Source of the DNA: the human T2T-CHM13v2.0 reference genome, Homo sapiens
NCBI RefSeq assembly: GCF_009914755.1
Contig: NC_060931.1
DNA length: 64,000 nucleotides
Strand: one strand, 5' to 3'
In this document: positions 48,440 to 60,684 of the stretch, piece by piece
Position numbering within the stretch: position 1 is the stretch's first letter
Layout of the letters: each line of letters begins with the position of its first letter
The notes under the pieces: model-generated
Told to the model about the DNA's origin: nothing
Databases searched by the model: none
What the model saw: the letters and a program-made list of their open reading frames with translations, nothing else
Program-made: the position numbers and the translations under genes

Positions 48440-48820
48440 TTTCTTTATTTCTTTATTTCTCAGCGCCCCCCTATAGCTTCCTGTGACAAAGGAATTAAGT
48501 TCTGCCCATATGAGGTGAGCAGAAGTGACTAGGGTCACTTTCAGGGCTGGGTGATGTCCTAAAGGAATGGGCATGCTTCCTTGGCCCTTTCCCCTCCCTG
48601 CTGTAGGAGGTGGTGAGTGCTGGAGCAGCCAGCTTGGCGCCTAGATTTGGAAGCTACTTGCTGTGCACAGTAGAACGACCCTGCCAGCCCTAGACCATCT
48701 ATCTTCAAACTGGTTTATGACTAAGAAATAAACTTCTAGTCATTTAACCCACCCACATGTTGAAGTACTTTGCTTAGTACCTCAAGTACATAGAAGCTTA
48801 ATTGACACTCTAACTACAAT
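48440..48820 (+). mobile_element. MLT1-type (ERVL-MaLR, MLT1J-like) LTR
   Basis: aagttctgcccatatgaggtgagcagaagtga...gaaataaacttctagtcatttaacc...ctctaactaca. Confidence 0.65.
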
Positions 48821-49719
48821 AGTTAATTTCCCATGGGTGAGGAAAGGGTCCCTTTTGGGGAAAAGTTTCTTCTCTTTATCTCAGTCATAATCTTAAAGGC
48901 CACAGTAGCAATTAGAGCTGATCCAACTGCAAATTCCTGTGAGTAGAGAGACTCTATCTTGAATATCTCTGCATTCCCAATGCTGAGCACAATGTCTCAC
49001 ACATGGCAGTTCCAAAAATGCTAGCTGAATGGATTCTGATAACATCAGCAAGCCAATATTACTAAAACCATTGTTGTTAGAAAATTCTAATCATCTCCTC
49101 TGTTCCTTTTCTTCCTTATTGCTTGTACATATGTCATCTTCTTCCTTCACTTTTCTTCATATTTCTTTTCACTTTCCTTTACATACCTAAGGATGAATTG
49201 TATAATCTGTCTTGCTCTAAGATAGATTTAAGGCAGCTTACAAAAAAAGGCAGACAGCTGAACAAGATAATAAAGGGGGGAATCAAAGATGACAAACGAG
49301 GGTAGAAAAATAATACATGCCATTTTGAGATATGTATGCAAGATGCATGCCCCCAGGACTTCAATTTGGTTCTCAAGCCATAAAGTTACAGAAATAGAAG
49401 AGTTCATAACTTTAAAAGAACACATATTATTCAGGAGAAGGACAGTTATTGCAGGTACACAGACTGTATAGAAGTTTCTTCTGTAGTTTCTCATACAGGA
49501 CAGTGAGCAATAAAGCAAACATCATCTCAAATACCATGTAACCAACTCTGAGTTTTGTTAGGCTACTCCTAGTAAAGTTCATCAATGAAAAAAGAGTGCA
49601 CAATGCCTAAATACAGATATAAAAGCACTTCTGGGGACATGGGAGGTACAGACTGGCTGGCAATTAAAGAAATAAGAGTAATTCGGCATTTTTGGAAAAG
49701 TGTCCTTGCTTTATATGGT

Positions 49720-50550
49720 TCATTCATTTCCTAAACTAATATTTGAGTGCCTGCTAAGTGTCAGGTACTGTGCCAAGTTCTGGGAATGTAAAAATGATCC
49801 AGTCTCTTCTGGATCAAGGGATCCAAAGTGTAGTATAAAATACATTTAGAAGTCAATGCATTACATACAATATGGTAAACTAAATTCAGTTAGCAAATAT
49901 AAGGTGGGAGAGTGATAAAAATAAAGATGATATAGGAGGAGACACTTGAACTGGATCTTTAAGGATGAGCGCAACTTCATCAGTTAGACAGCAGAGGAGG
50001 TATGGAGGAAAGTACACCAGGGAAAGGAGTTGGCATATATGAGCTACAGTGATAGGGTCAGGATGGCATCTCTGATGAAGGACATACTTATTCCAGCTGA
50101 AATAAAGAGTCTGGTGTCAGGTGAGGGTGATGGGTGTGGAAAGATCTAAATGTGGAGATGACGTTGGAGAGAGAGAGAGGTGGGACAGATCAGGGAAGTC
50201 CTGAAATCCAGGCTGAACTGGGGGGAAACAGAGGGCAGTTATAGGGTTTGAGGCCAGGAGCATTTTGATCAATGTGTGAAAGGCCTGAATAAAAAAAAAT
50301 GGCAGTGGGCATGGAAAGAAAGGGGTTGGTTTAAGAGACATTGTGTAAATTGGCCTTAGACACACTGGATATAGACATGGATGACCACAAGGAATAAGCA
50401 AAGAAATGTGTTACCTAGGTCTCTGTTTAGTGACTGGGGTGATGATGAAGATGCTAACCAGAACTGCAATAGAGGGGTACAGATTTGGGACGGACTAAAG
50501 TTCAGTTTAGAATATATTGAGTTCAAGGTGCCTAAATGACACCCAAATGT
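49720..50550 (-). mobile_element. L2 LINE fragment
   Basis: tcattcattt...atttgagtgcctgctaagtgtcaggtactgtgccaag...agttcagtttagaatatattgagttcaaggtgcct. Confidence 0.72.
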
Positions 50551-50559
50551 AGTGTTTAG

Positions 50560-50850
50560 TAATAGTAGTGAGAGCTAACATCTACGGAGTATGTGCTAGC
50601 CACTATGCTATGCACTTCATCACGACATTTAATCCTCACAACCTTATGATGTTCCTTCTGGGCACAAAATATTGTACCAGGCTCTTGGGAATGGTATGCA
50701 GTGGCCAAAAAGGTTGATACTATCCCTTTCCCTATTTTACAGATGAGAGAATTGAGACTCAAAGATTTCATGGCTAGAAAGTGCCAGAGCAGAAATTCTA
50801 ACTCAGAGTATAGGTAACTGCAAACTTCATGCTCACAATCATTTTACCTT
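50560..50850 (-). mobile_element. MIR SINE (composite)
   Basis: catttaatcctcacaacc...cctattttacagatgagagaattgagactcaaaga. Confidence 0.72.
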
Positions 50851-50951
50851 CTTGACTCTTTGTATAAGCACCAAGGAAGTGGAGAGCTAGGGAGATGAAA
50901 ATTATAGGTGTGAGTGAGTTCAACAGGGACAATATAAAAGCACAAAAAGAA

Positions 50952-51299
<348 letters not shown>

Positions 51300-54169
51300 T
51301 CATTAGGGAAACCGAGAAAGAAAAGAGAAGTCAGGTAGGGTGAGGATCCGAGTCCTCTGGATTAGTTGGCACCCTAGTGGGTTATTGGTGACCTTGAGGA
51401 TGATGGTTTCCAGGGAGTGCTGGCGGTAGAGGCCAGATGGCAGGGTTAGGACGAAAGCCTGGCGACACACACTGCTCTTTCAAGAAGCTGGACTGTAAGA
51501 AGGAAACATGGCCGGGGGTACCCGAAGTTCAGGATGAAATACTTGTTAAAGTAGCAGTGGCTTCAGCATATTTAAGCACAGAGGAGGAGGTGGCCACTGA
51601 AGCGGAAGACATTGAAGCTATCAGAAAGAGAAAGCACAATTGGAGCAAGGGCTCAGAGGAGATGAGAGGAACACCATTCCACTAAGTTTACATTTTTCTG
51701 CAAATGTGTCTTGGTCCTTCTCTTCTGGGTTTGCATTAGTAAACCTGTACTATAAGCTTCTTAACAATGGGATGGGAGACTGCCTTATGTTGCCACACAC
51801 CTTGCCTGGGGTCTGGTGCAGTGTTTCACATATGCCCACTGGGGATACAGCACAATATATATTAATTAATACCAATGAATTACAACTCTTAAAAACTTGA
51901 TTATAAAAAATCTATATTAATTGTTACATGAAACAACTGAATTTTCACACGTACATTAAAAATAATGTTGGATTAATAAACTGGATGAAATAATATTTCA
52001 CAAGTCAAACAAAATTGTGAATTATGTATGTTTGTAACAGCTTTGCCCTCCTTCCCCAAGTGATTGTATAGATCCAAACTTGGTCTTTGTCCTTCAAAAT
52101 ATGGAGGAATCAAGCAGGTTATATAGCAGCATGTGTAGAAAGAATTCTTCCATAGGCACCCAAAATAACTCAATGTAAAATCCTTCTTGGGCATAAATCT
52201 AGGAATTTTGACTTTGGACTAGATAAAGCTGTCAAGTGGGAATGTATATAGCCCTCAGCACTGAAAAAGAAGGCTGTTTAAATCTATGTTCAATCATCTT
52301 GGGATAAACAGCACCAGTCCAAAACACCATTCTTTAGGAAATTAAAAGAATAATCAGACCCACCTCCAGAGTCAGTAGCAAGAAATTTTACTATGGTCAT
52401 GTGAATCAGCTCTTTGTCATTCCCCTTAATCTGCTTGTCTTCAGATCACTTAAGGATACTTTCTGCCTGCCATAGCCCCAGGAGGGCTTTAGTGTGTCGC
52501 TTTGTTGGGTAGTTTGTAAGACCGTGAAGCAAGATCGGGGGTTCCTGGATGGTTTTCCCTGAGCCTCTTAATTCAGTTGTCTTTGTTTATAAAAATCACA
52601 AAGCCTAGGGATGTCATGAACAGGAGCTGTAACCACTAAAATAAAATATAAGTTACAAAATAGCCAAGGGGAGCACAGATGTCTTTGACTAGCAAATGCT
52701 TAACACTGGGCACATTCAAGTGAAATACATCAGTATTTATTTTTCTTTTCAACAATTAAAGTAGATACGTTAAAACCCAATTCTGACAATGAGAGAGAAA
52801 CAAGTCTGAATTAATAAAGACTTTGCATTTCAGGGTATTGGAAAGATATTTAGTAATATAAGCTGTTGAATAATCAAGGATAGCCAAGAGAAGATTTTGG
52901 TAGATCTGATCTACAATTTTTACAATAGTTGGGTATAAAGTTACACTTAAAGTGCTAAAAAATATAAAAGGAGGTTAAACACCCCATTCACATTCTGGAC
53001 TTCTTGTTAAACTCTTCTGCCCCTCTCCATCTCACAGTTTCAACTTTCACCAATCCTTAATACAAATGATTTAAAAATTGCAAAGAGTTTGCATTTGGGA
53101 TGAAGCATATATGCTGCCTACCACCACGATCCAAGGGCCCTTAGAGAGCACAGCCACAGTTTCTACCACTCACTGTTCTGAGGGTGATGAACAGCTGAAA
53201 AACTGCTGAGCCTGGCAGAAAGCAGCCAAGGTTTTCTGCGCCAGCTGTAAGCCTGACCTCTTTCCTCCTGACATAAAACGTTTGCCTTTAGTTATAGCCG
53301 CTTCCATCAACACAACAACAGAGAATTCCAGGGTGGTTTATAAATGGCACGTGCCCTTTGGGCTTTGGGGGCACTATAGGGCATGACTGCTGTCAGGCCA
53401 CTAAGCCTGCCATCTGGTCTTGCTAAATAATCAATGTGTGTGTTTGAAGAGGGTATGCCAAGAAGCCCACAGGCCAATGAATATACACACACACATGATT
53501 ATTTTCCCTGCTCCATCTTCAACTGTGATGTGTGCATACTGCTGGACCACTGGCAGCCATGCTGATGCACTCACATCACTTTTGCCTTAACTGTGTAGAT
53601 TTAGGGCACCAAAGAGTATATGTGTTCTTTCCAAGGTTTTCAGGGAATTTAGGCAGTAGTGATAATCTTGTTTACTAGGGCTGTGGTTCCTGAGGGTTTT
53701 TAATGTTTGATCTTTTTTTAACTTTAAGAATCTACTTGGTATAATGGAACCAGCATTGGGCTGTGAGTCCAGAGCTTTGAATTCTAGGCCTGCCACTCGT
53801 GAGTACTGTAGATTTTGCCAAGTTAGCTTGCTTGGCTTCATCACTAATCCACAGATAAGGAACCTATAGTTACATGATCATAGCATGAATTCAAATACTA
53901 GTCCTCATCCTAAGTCTATCTATACCACACTCATATTAACATTTTCAATAGGACTCATGTGGTTCAGAGACAGATGTATTAGGTCTGCAGCTCTTTTTAG
54001 GTTGTTCAGTAATAATTGCTGCAAAAAAAACTGATTTCTCCTAGTTCCTTTCAAGTTTTTAGTCTATTCTGATATTTTGTCTATTCTTTGTTTTGGTCAT
54101 CTCTAACAATACTTCAAAAAACACCACAATGTTTATCTTTAAAATCACTTACTGACATTTTGGACAATT

Positions 54170-54560
54170 TCCCAGATAGTCACTGGGCTAACTCCTTTAT
54201 CCCCTTCTTGGTCTTTGCTCTAATGTCACCTTCTCAGTGAGGTCTACTCGACTTACCTGCCACCCTATTTAAAATTGCAATCAGCCTCTTCCCCCCTCCA
54301 TCCAGCTGTATGCTCTTTCCCTGCTATATTTTAGTGGTCTATTTCCCCCTACAACACTTGCCACCTTCTAACATGGTACCACGTTTAGTCATTTCTGATG
54401 CCTCATGTTTACTGTCTGTCTCCTCTTCACTGCAATGTAGACTTCATGGCAGCAGGGATCTTTGCTCTGTTTATTGGCATATTCCAAGACCTAGCCTAGA
54501 ACAGAGCCTGGCACACGGTAAGCATTAAGTAATTTTTGTTTAGTACTAAATATTGAATAA
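54170..54560 (+). mobile_element. L2a-like LINE 3' end
   Basis: aatgtcaccttctcagtgagg...caatgtagacttcatggcagcagggatctttg...cctagaacagagcctggcacacggtaagc. Confidence 0.8.
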
Positions 54561-55578
54561 TTTCAGTTCTTTTTGTTTTACAGCTAGTGAATGAACCTAA
54601 GCATCTTTTACTCTCAAAATAATTGAGGGTATACAGCCCAGCCAACCCCGCACCCCAGACTAAAGATGGAAAAACTCTAGCTCCTTGTCTACACCATGAC
54701 ACGACAGCAGAATGCAGATGGGCATGTGTTTACAATTACTTGGAACCTCAGAGATATTAAAAAAAAAAAATCTCTGAATCTGGTCTATGTTCCAAGAACA
54801 TTAAGGGGACTCCTTACAGTTTACATGAAAATCCATGCACAATTTTCAAAAATTTGTAATATGCTGGTACATGTATTTTACAACCAGAAATCAGTGTGAG
54901 GAACATTGCTAGTAGCAGCCACACTGCCTCATCATGGTCCATAGCAAACATTCAGGGTTAAAGATTTTTCAGTAAGGACAGTGATTTTTCAATTGTAAAA
55001 TGTTTAAGTTGATCATTCAGCAAACATTTACTGAGTCTATGTTGCATGCCAAACATGATTAAATGTTAAAAAAACCAAAAAGTTAAATCATGGTTCCTGC
55101 CTTCAAAAAGCGCTCAGTTGGGGGAAATGAGTGTTTAAATAATCATGACACAACAGAGACAGAGCATGTTAAGGGAGTCAGGCAAGTCACCATATAGGAG
55201 GAGACATAGGAGTTGTAATTCAAAATTTTCCTTCGATTCTTGAGAAGGGATTTATTCTCCTTGCCACAGCAGACTCGTCCCTTCTCCTTCCTAAGTCTAA
55301 CCCCCTATATACACTTTTTGGAGGAAATGTGTGCTATCTCTTTACAATACAAATAATGTAAGTTCACTGTAAACAAATTACAAAACAGAGATACATTTTT
55401 AAAAAATTAAACATTCACAATTTTACCCCACTGATCTACTTCTGCTTTTTATTTCACACCAACTGACCTTGAATAAAATTTTGCTTCAGCAAAATCCCTT
55501 CCCTTTATGATGTACTGAACCTGTGCTTTGGGCCAGGGACTCTGGAAAGTAAGGTCACACAAGTAAAGCCTGAATCCA

Positions 55579-55960
55579 TGCTGTGATTTGAATGTGTCCC
55601 CTCCAAAATTCAGGTGTTGCCAGAGTGACAGTAGTAAGAGGTGGGGCCTTTAAGCAGTGATTAGGTCATAAGGGTTGCTCCCCCTGTGAATGGGATTAAG
55701 GTCCTTATTAAGGAGGTTTCACACTCAGCTGGCTTGCCCCTTTGCCTTCCACCACGTGAGGATACAGCATTCCTCCTCTTAGGAGGATACATCATCAAAG
55801 GCACCTTCTTAGAAGCTTAAAGCAGCCTTCACCAGACAACCAAACCTGCCAGCACCTTGATTTTGAACTTCCCAGCCTTCGGAACTGTGAGAAAATAAAT
55901 TTCTGTTCCTTATCAATTACCGAGTCTGTGGCACTCTGTTATGGCAGCACAAATAAGACA
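55579..55960 (+). mobile_element. Complete MST-type (MSTD-like, ERVL-MaLR) solo LTR
   Basis: TG...CA termini, aataaa signal, and a perfect 5-bp TSD atcca at 55574-55578 and 55961-55965. Confidence 0.9.
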
Positions 55961-56039
55961 ATCCACTTCTGTATGATTTCAAAGCCCTCGTGAAGCCTAA
56001 AATCCAAAAGTAAATCATGCCCACTAGCATTCTCTCCTC

Positions 56040-56950
56040 AGTCTCATTTAAGAAAAAAGTAGCCTCTGACATCCAGAACCTGGCCTGGCAATCCCTTCTG
56101 GGCCTTGGTGTCCTCCTATTGAACATAAACAATTTCACAGAACATCAACTTCAGACAAGGCTACTCTGTGACCGTGATGAATCAAGATAGAAACACATCT
56201 ATTTCTTAATCATGTTGTCTCAACACAGACACAACTTTAGCACTCTCGAAATCACAATGTGCCAAGCACCCTCTTTCCTGGCTCTTAGGAGCGACTGCTG
56301 TTTCTTTATCAATTACAGCAGTAGCCTTGCTCTAGTCTGCCCTCATGGTAGATTTATTGAGATACCTACCCACAGAATTGTCCCCACTTCCAGACAGCAT
56401 CGAATCCAGAGCAAAGCTCCACTTTCTTAAACCCTACCCCAGTCACCAAATACAGCACAAATCTTTTTTACTTTATTTATTTATTTATTTATTTATTTTT
56501 AGACAGAGTCTCACTCTATCGCCTAGGCTGGAGTGCAATGGCATGATTTCGGCTCACTGCTACCCCCACCTCCTGGGTTCAAGCAATTCTCCTGCCTCAG
56601 CGTCCTGAATAGCTGGGACTACAGGCATGTGCCATCACGCCCAGCTAATTTTTTGTATTTTTAGTAGAGATGGGGTTTCACTGTATTAGCCAAGATCGTC
56701 TCAATCTCCTGACTTCGTGATCCACCCGTCTTGGCCTCCCAAAGTGTTGGGATTACAGGCATGAGCCACCGCGCCCCGCCCAGCCCAAATCTTACAATAA
56801 CAATTCCTTTTGTAACCTCCTCTTCTTGAGATGCCCCATGGTTCCCCCATGGTTTGCCTTCTCCCACACTGCAACAAGCACTAAAGCAACATGTTCAACC
56901 TATTCAACTTCAACTAGGTGTGTTCTAGCGGTGTTTGGCTGCAAGGCACT
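56040..56950 (+). mobile_element. ERV1-class LTR (MER31/MER67-like) interrupted by an Alu
   Basis: aacataaacaatttcacagaacatcaacttcagacaaggctactctgtgacc...gagatgccccatggttccccc. Boundaries are approximate. Confidence 0.62.
56464..56780 (-). mobile_element. AluS (Sc8/Sx3-like) SINE with a (TTTA)n tail
   Basis: Dimeric Alu. TSD cagcacaaatctt / cagcccaaatctt. Confidence 0.92.
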
Positions 56951-57310
56951 GGAAGCCTATAATAAACACACTCTGATTTGGAGAGAGGGAGAGAAAATCC
57001 AGAATCCTTTCCTCTCTGGGTGCCTACCTCTTTCCTTATTTTTTTTAAAAATTTTTTTTTTTAATGGACAAATAATAATGGTACATATTTATTGGGTCCA
57101 CAGTAATATATATAATCTATAGTGATATTTTTTCAAAGCCTCAATTTTAAACTGCCCAGGATTTATTTCTCATGTCACAGTAATCTGTCTTCCCTTGACT
57201 GCCTGACTCCAAAGATTGAGCATGAAGCTTTCCATGCTACAAAGCTGCCTCAGGTGGTCTCGCCTCACCTAAAACCACCCTCATTTTCAGCCAAATTGCC
57301 AATCGCTTAC

Positions 57311-57613
57311 TTTTTTTTTTTTTTTTTTTGAGGTGGAGTCTTGCTCTGTTGCCCAGGCTGGAATGTAGTGGCACAATCTAGGCTCACTGCAACCTCTGCC
57401 TCCCAGGTTTAAGCGATTCTCTTGTACTCGGCTTCTGGAGTAGCTGGGACTACAGGCACCTGCCACCATGCCTGGCTAATTTTTTCTATTTTTAGTAGAG
57501 GTGGGGTTTCACTATGTTGGCCAGGCTGGTCTCAAACTCCTGACCTCAGGTGATCTGCCCGCCTCGGCCTCCCAAAGTGCTGGGATTACAGGTGTGAGCC
57601 GCCACGCCCAGCC
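57311..57613 (-). mobile_element. AluSx-like SINE
   Basis: Dimeric Alu. TSD caaattgccaatcgctt / caaattgccaatcacct. Confidence 0.93.
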
Positions 57614-58734
57614 CAAATTGCCAATCACCTTCTGCTTGTAAAACCCTAAGGTCCTTTTCTATCCACCATCCTCTCTGTTTGTCCTTGTTGGACACCTCTA
57701 CCATGTTCAGATTTCTTCCCTCAGCTCCCCTCACCTCAGAGGCTTGCCTCTTCTCCAGAGTTCCCTCTTCTTCCCACTCCTGCCCAGTCACTGGTCTTTC
57801 TCACTTGGCTGCTTCCTCCATGCTCCACCCATCTCCCTAATGAATGCATTGCCTCCGCAGCATCAATAGGCTGATGGTTCTCAAATGTCCTTGGCTGTCC
57901 CAGCCAGTGACAGGCCCCCTTCTCAGCAGGCTGCTGGAGAACTCTGCAACTCCCTCAGAGCCAACATGTGGTAGTGCAATTGATTATCTTTTCTTCCAAA
58001 CACCTCTAACATTTTCTTTATTTCTTCTCTGTTCCTGGCATCAATGTCCACCCAGTCACCCAGGCCAAAAGTGACGGAGTAGCCCCAGATTTCCTCCCTG
58101 TTCTCACCTGCACCCCCATACCTTCTCTAGGTCTCTCTAACATATCCCCTTCTTTCTGGCCAAGATCTAATCACAGTAATACATGTAATGTATAATGATC
58201 ACGTTTTTTCAAAGCCTCAACTTTAAACTGCCCAGCATTTATTTCTCATTTCACAATAATCTGTCTTCCCTTGTCTGCCTGTCCATCATCTGCCTTTAAT
58301 CTGTCAATAATCCTGCAACACATTCCACCCCCAACCCCCATTAGATTTTCTTTAATTGTTCTATCACTCTCCTGCTTCCTTCCCACCGCCTGCAGAATGC
58401 GTAAGTCCCTGAGCATTAACAGAAGGTCCTGCACGATCTGCTCCACTTACCTTTCCAGGCCTCATGGTTTAGCTATAATGAATTACTGGCTAGCCTCCTC
58501 TTTCTTATCTATCAGACTATTGTAGTTTAATTGTTTGCTTATTCATTTGACAAACATTTATGAGGTGCATACTGTGCACCACATATTGTGAGAAGCTTTA
58601 GAGATTCCATAGTAAAAAGCACAGCCCTTACCCTCAAGGAGCATATATCTCATGGCAGACAAGGCATTGTGATGATGTTCTTATGACAACATGCAATAAA
58701 TAGTTGTCAAATGAATGAATGAATGAATGAATGC

Positions 58735-58900
58735 ACAAGTAAGTTGCTCTCCCTGTGCCTTTGTTTCCTCATCTTCAAAGTGTAGATAATAATGGTTTCT
58801 TTTTCAGAGGGTTGCTGTGAAGATTAGATGAGTTGTGAAGATTAGATGAGTGCTTGGAGTAGTGTCTGGCACATAACAGTGTTGAGAGCATTCCTATTTA
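58735..58900 (+). mobile_element. MIR SINE fragment
   Basis: tgtgcctttgtttcctcatcttcaaagtgtagataataat...gttgctgtgaagatta...gtgtctggcacataa. Confidence 0.75.
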
Positions 58901-58959
58901 ATGTGCCTTGAGAATTCTGTAGAGAGAGTTATGTATGAGGGTTGTCTAGACCAGCCTGA

Positions 58960-59460
58960 GGGGAAGAGGGAGGGAATCAAAGATGTTTTCTCTGGAGGGA
59001 GGGAGTGATACCCTAAGCAGGGTCTGACAGCCCGAGTTAGACAGAACAAAAGGATGTAAAAGGATAGCCCAGGCAAAGAAAACTTGGAGAGTATAGGGTG
59101 CAGATAGCACCAGGATGATAGAGCGAGGTGCATTCAGGGAGTTTTAAGGTAAAAATGAGAGGATGACAAGAAACGAGGTAGGAGAGGCAAACTGAAGCCA
59201 GATTGTAAGGGATTTTCCTTGCATGTTGATAAGCAGTAGGAATTTCACTCTGAAGACAAACTATTGCTTCCAATTGAGATTGTGAAGGGTTTTAAGCAGG
59301 CAAATGAAAGAAGCATATTTCCATTTTAGAAAGCTCATTATAGCAGTTCTGTAAAGGCACCATGAAAATAGGAGCAGAAAAATCCTGAGGGAGGATATTC
59401 GGCAGTTCCCAAAGGAGGCACTGCTGGGCCCTGATGTGAGGTGGATCAGCGAGAATGGGA
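58960..59460 (-). mobile_element. L2 LINE fragment
   Basis: gaagccagattgtaagggatt...gaagggttttaagcagg...ttttagaaagctca. Confidence 0.65.
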
Positions 59461-59482
59461 AGGAGGAGATAGATGGTTCTCC

Positions 59483-59487
59483 TCTTT

Positions 59488-59535
<48 letters not shown>

Positions 59536-59860
59536 TTTCTTTCTTTCCTTCTTTCTTTTCTTTCTTTCTCTCTCTCTCTCTCTCTCCCTCCCTCCCTCGC
59601 TCCCTCCCTGTCTCTCTCTCCCTCCCTCCCTCTCTCCCTGTCTCTCTCTCTCCCTCGCTCCCTCTCTCTCTCCCTCCCTCGCTCCCTCCGTCTCTCTCTC
59701 TCCCTCGCTTCCTCTCTCTCTCTCCCTCTCTCTCTCTCCCTCCCTCCCTCCCTCCCTCGCTCCCTCCCTGTCTCTCTCTCTCTCTCCCTCGCTCCCTCTC
59801 TCTCTCTCTCTCTCCCTCGCTCCCTCCCTCTCTCTCTCTCTCTCTCTCTTTCTTTCTTTT
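59483..59860. repeat. Compound (TTTC)n/(TC)n/(TCCC)n pyrimidine repeat at an Alu tail
   Basis: About 380 bp, almost purely C/T, with the recurring unit tccctcgctccctc. Confidence 0.95.
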
Positions 59861-60138
59861 GACAGAGTCTCACTGTTGCTCAGGCTGGAGTTCAGTGGTG
59901 CAATTTCGGCTCACTGCAACCTCCGCCTCCCAGGTTCAAGCCATTCTCCTGCCTCAGCCTCCTGAGTAGCTGGGATTACAAGCCCGCACCACCACGCCCA
60001 GCTAATTTTTGTATTTTTGGTAGAGACAGGGTTTCACCATGTTGGCCAGGCTGGTCTCAAACTCCTGACCTCAAGTGATCTGCTTGCCTCAGCCTCCCAA
60101 AGTGCTGGGATTACAGGCATGACCCACTGCGCGCGGCC
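59861..60138 (-). mobile_element. AluSz/Sx-like SINE
   Basis: Dimeric Alu (ctcctgacctcaagtgatc) directly abutting the CT repeat. Confidence 0.93.
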
Positions 60139-60382
60139 TCCTCTCCTTTTCTCTTAAACCTCACTACCCATTCAGGTCTACCTTCCTGGGATGCCTTTCC
60201 TAACACCTCCAGGCAAACTTAGCTACCTCTGTGATCCATAGACCCGTCATTTGTATCTTAGCCTGTGAGTTCCTCAAGAACAGGAAATGGGTCCTTTTCA
60301 CTTTCATATCCTTATTTAGCACTGTGAGCTAGGACAGAGGTCTTGCAGGTGCTGTATAAAGTTTTGCAGAATAATGACTTTC

Positions 60383-60684
60383 GGTAGGGTGCGGTGGCTC
60401 ATGCCTGTAATCCTAGCACTTTGGGAGGTTGAGGCAGGCTGATTACCTGAGGTCAGGAGTTCAAGACTAGCCTGGCCAACATGGTGAAACCTCGTCTCTA
60501 CTAAAAATACAAAAAATTAGCCGGGTGCAGTGGCACACACCTGTAATCCCAGCTACTCAGGAGGCTGAGGCAGGAGAATCGCTTGAACCCAGGAGGTGGA
60601 GGTTGTGGTTAGCCGAGATTACGTCACTGCACTCCAGCCTGGGTGACAGAGCAAGACTTTGTCTCAAAAAAAAAAAAAAAAAAA
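60383..60684 (+). mobile_element. AluSx-like SINE
   Basis: Dimeric Alu (acctgaggtcaggagttcaagac) with an A19 tail. Confidence 0.93.

Noticed and set aside
59292-59969. Long ORFs of 129-193 aa (RERE.../SLSL...)
   Set aside because: They are translations of the CT/GA simple repeat plus Alu, stop-free only because of composition.
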